From Macrostomum hystrix (lineage: Eukaryota; Animalia; Platyhelminthes), in assembly GCA_950097015.1 (NCBI GenBank), contig CATNEN010000002.1:2108001-2172000 (forward strand): a stretch of 64,000 bases of DNA, written 5' to 3'. The position numbers were made by a program, and so were the translations under genes. Shown here in pieces: positions 1 to 11,040 of the stretch (the first letter of the stretch is position 1; every line of letters begins with the position of its first letter). Under the pieces are notes generated by a model, which was not told where the DNA came from, made no database searches, and was given only the letters and a program-made list of their open reading frames with translations.

Positions 1-133
1 AGAGTAGGGAGCGGAAACTGGGAGAGTAGGGAGCGGTAAAAAATAAACTGGAAGCAGTACCTATTAAGCTGAACAATCTGGCTTAAGTTGCCAAACACAG
101 CAGCGTGAGCATCGCTGGGCATTAGATCCTCAC

Positions 134-314
134 TTAGTCGCAATGGCGCCTCAAAATATCTCGTCAGCAGCCGCAGGTATCGCAGGTATTTCTCCTCGGA
201 TTCGAGAAGTTCGCCGACGATGCGAGATCGACGCGTCGCTAGCGACGGCGAGTCGCCAGTTACAACATCGTCGAGAGCCTCCGCCGACTGGGGCGACGAT
301 GGCAGCGAGAGAGA
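134..314 (-). CDS. Internal exon of a Dbl-homology (DH) RhoGEF; the gene continues beyond the left edge and the upstream exon was not located
   Basis: Absent from the ORF track because it has no start codon. Acceptor cccactccag|TCT at 315-316 and donor CTA A|GTGAGG at 133. Translation: SLSLPSSPQSAEALDDVVTGDSPSLATRRSRIVGELLESEEKYLRYLRLLTRYFEAPLRL. This matches the DH-domain helix-1 pattern R..iv.ELleTE..Yv..L..l...F..PL. Confidence 0.75.
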
Positions 315-344
315 CTGGAGTGGGATGATGCAAGCATTGCAATA

Positions 345-1722
345 TGGGAGAATGGGAAATTTCTAGATCCAGTCAATGGAAGACTTCTACATCTAACCAA
401 TGGGACATTTCTAGGTCCAGTCAATGGGAGATTTTGAATCTCCCTATTGAATGGGATATTTCTTACTCTATTTAATAGGATATTTTTAGATCTAGTCAAT
501 GGGAGATTTCTAGATCTATTGAATGGGATATTTTTAGATCCAGTCAATGGGAGATTTTGAATCTGCCTATTGAATGGGATATTTCTTACTCTATTTAATA
601 GGATATTTTTAGATCCAGTCAATGGGAGATTTCTAGATCTATTAAATGGGATATTTTTAGATCTAGTCAATGGGAGATTTCTAGATCTATTGAATGGGAT
701 ATTTTAGATCCAGTCAATGGGAGATTTCTAGATCTATTAAATGTGATATTTTTAGATCTAGTCAATGGGAGATTTCTAGATCTATTGAATGGGATATTTT
801 AGATCCAGTCAATGGGAGATTTCTAGATCATTGAATGGGATATTTTAGATCCAGTCAATGGGAGATTTCTAGATCTATTGAATGGGATATTTCTAGGTCT
901 AGTCAATGGGATATTTTTAGGGCTAGTCAATGGGAGATTTCTTTGTCTATTCAATAGGAGATTCTAGATCTATTTAATGGGAGATTTTTTAATCAAGTTA
1001 ATGGGAGATTTCTAGATCTATTTAATGGGAGATTTTTTAATCAAGTTAATGGGAGATTTCTAGATCTATTTCATGGGAGATTTTTTAATCAAGTTAATGG
1101 GAGATTTCTAGATCTATTTCATGGGAGATTTTTTAATCAAGTCAATGGGAGATTTCTAGTTCTATTTAATGGGAGATTTTTTAATCAAGTTAATGGGAGA
1201 TTTCTAGATCTATTTCATGGGAGATTTTTTAATCAAGTTAATGGGAGATTTCTAGATCTATTTCATGGGAGATTTTTTAATCAAGTCAATGGGAGATTTC
1301 TAGTTCTATTTAATGGGAGATTTTTTAATCAAGTTAATGGGAGATTTCTCTAGTTCTATTTAATGGGAGATTTTTTATCAAGTTAATGGGAGATTTCTAG
1401 ATCTATTTCATGGGAGATTTTTTAATCAAGTCAATGGGAGATTTCTAGTTCTATTTAATGGGAGATTTTTTAATCAAGTTAATGGGAGATTTCTAGTTCT
1501 ATTTAATGGGAGATTTTTTAATCAAGTTAATGGGAGATTTCTCTAGTTCTATTTAATGGGAGATTTTTTAATCAAGTCAATGGGAGATTTCTAGTTCTAT
1601 TTAATGGGAGATTTTTTAATCAAGTTAATGGGAGATTTCTAGTTCTATTTAACGGGAGATTTTTTAATCAAGTTAATGGGAGATTTCTAGATCTATTGAA
1701 TTGGATATTTCTAGGTCTAGTC
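345..1722. repeat. Tandem minisatellite, about 24-bp units alternating as a ~48-bp dimer (AATGGGAGATTTCTAGATCTATTT / AATGGGAGATTTTTTAATCAAGTT)
   Basis: Read directly; AATGGG recurs at 1144, 1168 and 1192. Confidence 0.95.
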
Positions 1723-2383
1723 TAGTGGAAAGTTTTACGTCAAGTCCATAGGATATTTACATGTTTGTAAATAACTAAAAAAGACAAAGAATGTCATAAA
1801 ATTAAGATGAGCCTCTAAAATTTCAAATCTGGGACAAAAATGAATCCAAAAGTGTATTTGCACAAGAAACTGTTTAGCGTGTTCATTAAGAAACTTGCTG
1901 AAGAATAAATTTAGTGAGAAAAAAATGAAATTATCGCAAAGCAATTAAACAAATCATATTAATGAGCTTTATTGACACATTCAGAAGCAATAAGAATCTA
2001 TGATTGTCAAAGAAGACATCTTTACTTATAGATATTTTGCTCCAAAATTAATCTAAATAAAAACATCAAAATATCAAATGAAGTGAAATCTTCTTAAGAG
2101 GTGTGGCACTGTTTCTATAAACAAAGCATGCTCACTATTACTGTACTTTTAAGTGCACAAAGGTGATTTAAGTATAACAAAATAATGACAAGATATGTAG
2201 AAAGTTTAACTAATATGCGAAAGGCATTTACAATTGACAAATTCCAGATACACACAAAATCACTGCAGAATTTAGTCAATGTAGTTAAGCAGAACAGTTT
2301 ATAATACTTTGCTTATAGTTTAATTATCTTTTAGAGAATAATGATAGGGAATGATAGGTATAGGGAACTAAGATAGACTGGTA

Positions 2384-4225
2384 ATGGGATCTGGATTCAT
2401 ATGGGGATTGGGATCTGGATACATATGGGGATTGGTATCTGGATTCATATGGGGATTGGGATCTGGATTCATATGGGGATTGGGATCTGGATACATATGG
2501 GGATTGGTATCTGGATTCATATGGGGATTGGGATCTGGATTCATATGGGTATTGGGATCTGGATTCATATGGGGATTGGGATCTGGATTCATATGGGGAT
2601 TGGGATCTGGATTCATATGGGGATTGGTATCTGGATTCATATGGGGATTGGGATCTGGATTCATATGGGGATTGGTATCTGGATTCATATGGGGATTAGT
2701 ATCTGGATTCATATGGGTATTGGTATCTGGATTCATATGGGTATTGGGATCTGGATTCATATGGGGATTGGGATCTGGATTCATATGGGGATTGGGATCT
2801 GGATTCATATGGGGATTGGTATCTGGATTCATATGGGGATTGGTATCTGGATTCATATAGGGATTAGGATCTGGATTCATATGGGGATTGGGATCTGGAT
2901 TCATATGGGTATTGGGATCTGGATTCATATGGGGATTGGGATCTGGATTCATATGGGGATTGGTATCTGGATTCATATGGGGATTAGTATCTGGATTCAT
3001 ATGGGGATTGGTATCTGGATTCATATGGGTATTGGGATCTGGATTCATATGGGGATTGGGATCTGGATTCATATGGGGATTGGTATCTGGATTCATATGG
3101 GGATTGGGATCTGGATTCATATGGGGATTGGTATCTGGATTCATATGGGTATTGGGATCTGGATTCATATGGGGATTGGTATCTGGATTCATATGGGTAT
3201 TGGTATCTGGATACATATGGGGATTGGGATCTGGATTCATATGGGGATTGGTATCTGGATTCATATGGGGATTGGTATCTGGATTCATATGGGGATTAGG
3301 ATCTGGATTCATATGGGGATTGGGATCTGGATTCATATGGGGATTGGTATCTGGATTCATATGGGGATTGGTATCTGGATTCATATGGGGATTGGGATCT
3401 GGATTCATATGGGTATTGGGATCTGGATTCATATGGGGATTGGGATCTGGATTCATATGGGGATTGGTATCTGGATTCATATGGGGATTGGGATCTGGAT
3501 TCATATGGGGATTGGTATCTGGATTCATATGGGTATTGGTATCTGGATTCATATGGGGATTGGGATCTGGATTCATATGGGGATTGGTATCTGGATTCAT
3601 ATGGGGATTAGTATCTGGATTCATATGGGGATTGGGATCTGGATTCATATGGGTATTGGGATCTGGATTCATATGGGGATTGGGATCTGGATTCATATGG
3701 GGATTGGTATCTGGATTCATATGGGGATTGGGATCTGGATTCATATGGGGATTGGTATCTGGATTCATATGGGTATTGGAATCTGGATTCATATGGGGAT
3801 TGGGATCTGGATTCATATGGGGATTGGTATCTGGATTCATATGGGTATTGGTATCTGGATACATATGGGGATTGGTATCTGGATTCATATGGGGATTGGT
3901 ATCTGGATTCATATGGGGATTAGGATCTGGATTCATATGGGGATTAGTATCTGGATTCATATGGGTATTGGTATCTGGATTCATATGGGGATTGGGATCT
4001 GGATTCATATGGGGATTGGTATCTGGATTCATATGGGGATTGGGATCTGGATTCATACGGGAATTGGAATCTGGGATTATATGGGGATTGGGATCTAGGG
4101 ATGGGGATTGGGATCTAGGGATGGGGATTGGGATGGGGATTGGGACCTGAGGATGGGGATCGGGAATGGGGATTTCTGATGGGGATCCGAATGTGGGGAT
4201 TCCCAATTGGGGATTGGGATCTGAG
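2384..4225. repeat. 24-bp tandem minisatellite ATCTGGATTCATATGGGGATTGG(G/T), about 70 copies, degenerating at the right end
   Basis: Read directly. It generates the MNPDPNPH, GIWIHMGI and GSGFIWGL pseudo-ORFs (8 aa = 24 bp). Confidence 0.97.
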
Positions 4226-4517
4226 ATAAATATGAGACACAGACTCAATTTTCTTATTGGCTAGAGCTATTTGGGAATTAGCAGTTGCGATTTGAGCGTA
4301 AGGATTTATAATAATTTTTAAAATGGGTTTTTTAAGAGAGTTGAGATTATGGTGCTGGAGTCCAACCCTTATAACAGATAACAAAAGTACAAACAGACCA
4401 AAAATCACAATTGAAACTAATTTCTTCTCTTGGATATACAGACAATCGCAAACATAAGGTAAAAAAAAATTTCACGAATCGAACAGAGTCCATAGTGAGT
4501 AAGACAAGTAGTCGCAA

Positions 4518-4780
4518 TCACATCTGAAAGCCCAGCATAGCCATGTACATATTTCGGCGATGAGTTTGAATCTCGGTGAACTTATCTGAGCTGGTAGCGC
4601 TAGGCAGTAGGCCCTGCTGAACGTAGCGCAGATAATTTAGCAGATTACAGGTGGCAATGATCCTATTCCTGGCGCAATGGGAAATGTAATGCCAGGGCGT
4701 ATCTGAGCTCTCTGCTAGACGAATTCGATAATGACAGAGCTTGGATTTCATGAGGGAGCATCGCTGCTTAGCTGTCTGCG

Positions 4781-4815
<35 letters not shown>

Positions 4816-6809
4816 GAATGATCCTGGCTTTGACTTGATCTGCCCGATGTAAGAACTTCAATATGCAACTGATTGCTTAGCGCCGCTTCAATCACCTGAC
4901 TCGCTAGGTCGCGATTGGCGAAGTCTAGACAAGAGCGGATGTCCCTGCGGTGCGTAGGGTGGGCGGTTATTGCTTAGAAATCCCAATTGCTTTGAGGGAG
5001 GATTCTGAGAAAACGAATACGCACTGAGGGAAGATTCTTAGAAAACGAATTCCCACTGAGGGAAGATTCTTAGAAAGCCAATGTGCTTTGAGGGAAGATT
5101 CTTAGAAAGCCAATGTGCTTTGAGGGAAGATTCTTAGAAAGCCAATGTGCTTTGAGGGAGGATTCTTAGAAAGCCAATGTGCTTTGAGGGAAGATTCTTA
5201 GAAAGCCAATGTGCTTTGAGGGAGGATTCTTAGAAAGCCAATGTGCTTTGAGGGAAGATTCTTAGAAAGCCAATGTGCTTTGAGGGAGGATTCTTAGAAA
5301 GCCAATGTGCTTTGAGGGAAGATTCTTAGAAAGCCAATGTGCTTTGAGGGAAGATTCTTAGAAAGCCAATGTGCTTTGAGGGAAGATTCTTGTAAAGCTA
5401 AAGTGCTGTGAGGTAAGATTCTTAGAAAGCTAACGTGCTGTGAGGGAAGATTCTTAGAAAGCTAACGTGCTGTGAGGGAAGATTCTTAGAAAGCCAACGT
5501 GCTTTAGGGGGAATATTAGAAAACGAATACGCATTGAGGGAAAATTCTTAGAAAGCCAATCTGCCTAAAATTAAGATTCATATAAACACATTGCTTGGAG
5601 GAATTCACGCTCGTTAAACATATATAAACTGGGTTGGAGACCATTTTAAGAAATCCTATCTGTTTAAAGTCTGATTCTTCGAAATGACATGCTTTGACGA
5701 AAACTTTCTAGAAATATCATTGGCTTTTAATAAAATTATAGATTTTAATCCCATTTTTCACGCGACGCGAGAGAAAACTATTGCAACTGAAGTGTGAGTC
5801 TAGACTCACCTATTAACAATGCGCTCCATGAAGGCGGATTTGGCCGCATCAAATCCCGGACTATTCAGCCAATCGAGAAACTCGCCGTAAACCAACGGAT
5901 CCAGTTCAAAGTTTTGCAGCTCGGCGTCCGTCAGCTGATCGGCCTGACGAATCTCCGAGTAGGAGCCTGTCCTGCGATGACTGCACTCCGACATTGAGGG
6001 CGAAGCCCGTTCAATCAGGGCTTTCAGAGCGGCGACTTCGCTAGTTAGGACTTCGTTTTGGCGTTCTAGCTCAACGCAGCGCTTCTCGACGCGATCCTTG
6101 GCCTGCAGGGCTTCGCTGACCTGGTGATGGGATTCGGGAAGAAATGGAAGATTTGTTTAGTTCACGAAAAATTATTTTATGAGGCTGAGTATCGTGAGAT
6201 TATCTGGAAATGGGAGATTTTCAAAACAGAAATGTGGAAATGGGAAACTTTTTAAACCAAAGTTTGGAAATGGGAGATTTTGAAACAGAAGTGTGGAAAT
6301 GGGAGACTTTCAAAACAGAAGTGTGGAAATGGGAGGTTTTTTAATCAGAAGTGTGGAAATGGGAGGTTTTTGAAACAGAAGGCAATTGCAGGTAATAAAC
6401 AAACCTGTCTGTTGGCTTCCTGAAACAATGAGTCGTGCAATTCTAGGCATTCGCTATTCAAATCCTCAACATATTGTTTCATCTGGGCATTCTCACTCGC
6501 CGTGCTCATGTAGAGTTTGCGAGCTTCAGCCAGCTCTTTGAGCACAGACAAGCCGCTAGAGAGGCTGTCTTGGCCACGCTGAACACTTGAACTAGCGTCG
6601 GCGCCACTAGCTGCTGATGACCCAGCTGGCACTGCACTCTCATCGCTAGGCCTGCGATATTCAACTAGCATTGAGCGAGTTCGTGGCTTCATGGCGGGTA
6701 GGCGACTAACTGGTGGCACTGAGCCATTGCCGCTGGAGTCTACAACAGCACCACTGCCGCCACCGCCACTGCCACTACTGTTGTTGCTAATCTGATCTTC
6801 ATCAGACAT
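4518..6809 (-). CDS. RAB3IP: Rabin8/GRAB (Sec2-family) Rab8/Rab3 guanine nucleotide exchange factor, 380 aa; exons 6809-6405, 6120-5810, 4944-4518
   Basis: GT-AG junctions match in phase (0, 2). Sec2 coiled coil: ECLELHDSLFQEANRQVSEALQAKDRVEK...EVAALKALI. C-terminal domain: YGEFLDW...FMERIVNRDIRSCLDF and KQRCSLMKSKLCHYRIRL...YISHCARNRIIATCNLLNYLRYVQQGL...MAMLGF, which aligns to recalled vertebrate Rabin8 ([28 protein letters not shown]). Confidence 0.9.
4995..5560. repeat. 32-bp minisatellite GAGGGAAGATTCTTAGAAAGCCAATGTGCTTT in RAB3IP intron 2
   Basis: Period of 32 measured between 5058 and 5090. Confidence 0.93.
6205..6380. repeat. ~30-bp degenerate minisatellite (GGAAATGGGAGATTTTGAAACAGAAGTGT) in RAB3IP intron 1
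   Basis: About 6 units read directly. Confidence 0.85.
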
Positions 6810-8434
6810 TATAACTGTCTTAGCTAGGTTGCTATGGAAACAGCTTTGTAAATAGCTAAATCTTATAGGAGTGCAATTTCCAATAGCCTATTTTTAGCTG
6901 AAAAAAAAGTTTAATGCAAAAGCAACTTTGTTAGACTACTGGGATTTCTTCAAGTAAAGAAATATTAAAAAAAAACAACTAAAATAACAATAAAACATGG
7001 CTTTAAACCCTTCTGTGCAGGTATAATCAAACATAAAAACAAAAAAATTATATTACACATAAAACTATATTTAAAATAAGAAAATGTACTGTTTATTTAT
7101 CAATGAGGCCAAAAGAACAACAATAATTGTAACAGATACTAGAGTTACAAAGTTTCTAGTTACAAAGTTACAAAGCTATTCAATAGCTTTTTGTAATTTT
7201 TTTTATTTTTCAGATAAATCCCAAACAACCTATTGCACCTGAATGAAACATTTTTTATTTATATTTTGTTGAAATACATGTAAATTGTGTACATTTGTTT
7301 TAATGTAATTTTTTTGATTAAATGCACTGAAATTTTATTTAAAATGAAACATTTTGATATAAATGCAGGAGGAGAATCAAAGGGAAAACCTCAACCTTGT
7401 TCAACATAGTTTTATACCAAGGTTATATACAATACTTAGAAGTGTTCTTTCTTTCTTTAAAAAACATATGGAGATAAATACTAAGAGAATTCAAGAGAGA
7501 AGTAGAAAGTATTGCTGTAAATTTTGGTCATTGGTAACGCTCTTCAGAAAGCCTATACTCAAAAACATATATATATGATAAAGTAATTGGCTATAAAAAC
7601 GAATTACACAACCTATAGGCCTACTAACTACGAGCTAAATATGCTACCCAGAATAACTGAATATGATATTTAGACTAACTAAATAAGCTACCAAGACTGA
7701 ATACACTACAATGAAATTCTTTAAAGTATATAAAATACATTCTCAGAGACTAATTGAAATTACTTAGACATTATACATATTAAATTACCTGTAACAACTC
7801 TTTTAGGATATTAAAATAAGAACTACCACAACTTTGGTGACATCATATCTTTAGAGTGATAGTTAACAACTTCTCTATTTAATTATCACAACTTTGGTGG
7901 CATCATTGGGATAAAGACTTTACTAAGAAATTAGGCCACCAAAACAAGTAAAAATGTTCTATCACCCTAAGATTTGAAGATTGCTATACACACTGTCCTT
8001 ACCACAAGTTACAATTTGAAAATTGGCAAAATACCCTCTCCATGCTACCTTGGAATTGCTATGATACACTGTCCAAAGTTGCTGAGAAATTATACCAATA
8101 GGGCAAGGATATTCTCACTTACTTATGACCCTATCATATTGCTATTATGCAGGAAGGAATCTAAAAAGATGTGGACATGACATGACTTGGAACCCTGGTA
8201 AGGCTTGTTAGGCCTGTCAAGCTTGTAGATGGAGGCTCATGGCAAAATTTTATAGAATACTTTTATAGAATAGAATATTTTATGTTTTATTTGATACCAG
8301 ACTTACAGAGTCATCCAGAAATGTGTAAATTGGCTTTGTATTGCAAAGCCAATTTAGCCAACTTGATTGAAAAGCAATAGCATTACTTCTTAAAGTTGGT
8401 AGAAACAGTATTTTATGCTGTTTTTTAGGAAGTA

Positions 8435-8959
8435 CTTATCCCCACTGTACAGTAGAAATAATTTTAGTCATAAGGCCTATTCCAATGGTACCGTGGGAAT
8501 AAATTCCTACTTATCCACACGGCACACTGACGAGATAGCTATCCTATCTTGAGCATATCTTTCTATCTATCTTATCTATCTTGAAAATTAGAGTCACGCA
8601 CTATTTCTAGTGCTCAATGCCGTGTCCCAAAAACTACACACTAAAGGTTGTGTTGAAGTATTATGAAGTCATTTATGTGCTAGAATAGTGGCACACATGT
8701 TTCTGAATCAAAAGGTGCTACTAGGCCTAATCAGAGGTAAATTTATTTTTTAATTTATTGAACTCATGTATTTTTAACTTAAATGTATTGGGCCTAGCGG
8801 ATATCCATGCAGATAAGCAGGAAATTATTCCCAAGGAATATGTTGAAGATAGGACAGCTATCTCGTCAGTGTGCCATGTGGATAAGCAGGAAATTATTCC
8901 CACAGTACTGTAGGAATAAGACAAAAATTATTTCTAGGGTACTGTGGGGATAGGATAAG
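8435..8959. mobile_element. Foldback/MITE-like element with long imperfect terminal inverted repeats
   Basis: 8488-8550 (GTACCGTGGGAATAAATTCCTACTTATCCACACGGCACACTGACGAGATAGCTATCCTATCTT) is the near-perfect reverse complement of 8846-8908. Weaker inverted similarity extends outward to about 8435 and 8959. No coding capacity; no TSD found. Confidence 0.7.
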
Positions 8960-10499
8960 CACTGCCATTTTTAATATTTAATTAATTAATGAAGCCATTT
9001 TTGCTGATACTCCTCTGTATAAATAAATTTAACCTTTTTGACAAAAAATGCACATATGTTTATGTACCAACCAACTGATAGTAGGCCTAACAAGGAAGTA
9101 ATAAGTAATATATATTTCATTTAGCCTGATGCTATCCATATATATAGATCTCTTTTCACTCCAAAAGCAAAGCAGTTTTTTAGTGCTAAACTTATCTAAC
9201 TAGCTAGTACAAGTAGGAATACAAGTAGTGGAGAAAATCCTTGTCATTTACTAGTAACTAGTTTTTCATACTATGTAATTTCATATATCAGTTTTCAGCT
9301 TTAAGAGTAATTTGTAAAAGTAATTCGTAACCATCATGATAAAATAATAAAATCGTACACCAACTCAACTCCGTTTATTAGTCGTTATACTTTACTAGGC
9401 CTAGTATAGTAAGGTCTGGTCCCTGGTTTGACGATTGAGTACGAGCCTTAGCATCAACTCATGCCAGTTTCTTAGAAAAGGTTTAATTTTTAAATCGAAA
9501 AATGTTAAACAAAAAGACCTATATATATATTCTTAACAAAGTGGTTCTAAAAGTAATACTTCTTCTTTTGAAAATATGTTTTTTGTCTATCTGTACAGAA
9601 AAAAACAATCAAAGCATGTTATTTACGCATGTAACTAGTTTCTAAAAAATAACATCAATGGGAGCATGTTTATTGAGAGCCGAAATTCCATCCTTCTTCT
9701 CGCGGTCCTGGAGTTTGCCTTGCACAAAATAACTAAAAAACCATTGCTATATTATACATTTTTATCCGGTCCAGCGTGTCTCTTGTGAAACAGCTCGATC
9801 ATATCTGTACCTTACCAATGATGGCCAAAGCATGCAGTCAGTCAAGGAGATGGTCTAATAAATACTTACAAATAAGTAATAAAGTGATTAAACGATAATG
9901 AGAATCACACGCAAACTTCCTATTCAAACGGGCTCGAGTGGATTGATTACAGACTTAATTAATGTACAGCTATATCTCTCTCTGTCAGTTTCCTACTAAC
10001 TTCTATAGCAGGAATTGAATATTGAAGCAGCAATTCAAGACTAAAAAAGGCTGTGAAAAAACCGGACTTAAATAAAATTTTGCATGGCCATGTGTTGTAA
10101 ATTGAATTGCAGCAACTCAATTATCGTCTTAATCTTGTCCTTTGGTGAGTCAAACATCTGATCATTGTGTTGTTCGCGTTTCCCCCCCAAGTGTTAAGGA
10201 GCCTTGCAGTCTATTTCCAAACGATGTGTCAGATCCTACAGTATTTCTCATAAAGTGCAATTGGCACGCGCCCAACAAGCCCAGCGCCCAGCGCGCAGCT
10301 GCTACAGCTGCAGCTCGTGCAGAGTTCTGACGGACTGTCATCTGTAACGCTAGCTGTGCAGCCGAACTAGCAGCTGCTACAAAGCTGAGAATGTTGCCTA
10401 CTACAGACCTGCTTGGCCTGGTATAGAAAACTCAATGGTGAGTTGCGTCTGCCGGTGTCATTACCGTGTCTAAGAGGGGAACAGTACCGTATCTAAAAA

Positions 10500-11040
10500 G
10501 TGACACAACAGTGTCTAACAGGAGACATTACAGTGTCTAACGGAAAACATTACAGTGTCTAACAGGTGACATTACAGTATACAACAGGTGATACTTACAG
10601 TTATCTAACAGGAGACATTACAGTGTCTAACGGAGAACATTACAGTGTCTAACAGGTGACATTACAGTATACAACAGGTGATACTTACAGTTCTAACAGG
10701 AGGCATTACATTGTCTGACAGGAGACAATTACAGTGTGACGTGTCTAATAATAGGAGACATTACAGTGTCTTGCAGGAGACATTACAGTGTCTTGCAGGA
10801 GACATTACAGTGTCTTGCAGGAGACATTACAGTGTCTTGCAGGAGACATTACAGTGTCTTGCAGGAGACATTACAGTGTCTAATAGGAGACATTACAGTG
10901 TCTTGCAGGAGACATTACAGTGTCTTGCAGGAGACATTACAGTGTCTTGCAGGAGACATTACAGTGTCTTGCAGGAGACATTACAGTGTCTTGCAGGAGA
11001 CATTACAGTGTCTTGCAGGAGACATTACAGTGTCTACAGG
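10500..11040. repeat. 22-bp minisatellite TTGCAGGAGACATTACAGTGTC, followed by (ATTCTCAACC)x4 at 11071-11110
   Basis: Read directly; the 22-aa periodic pseudo-ORFs correspond to 3 units. Confidence 0.93.

Noticed and set aside
2368-4248. 626-aa MNPDPNPH ORF (circumsporozoite-like look) and the overlapping 565/420-aa ORFs
   Set aside because: These are translations of a 24-bp satellite that is open in several frames on both strands, with a TTG start and no unique domain. An acceptor-like tttatctcag at ~4222 was noted, but nothing supports exon use.
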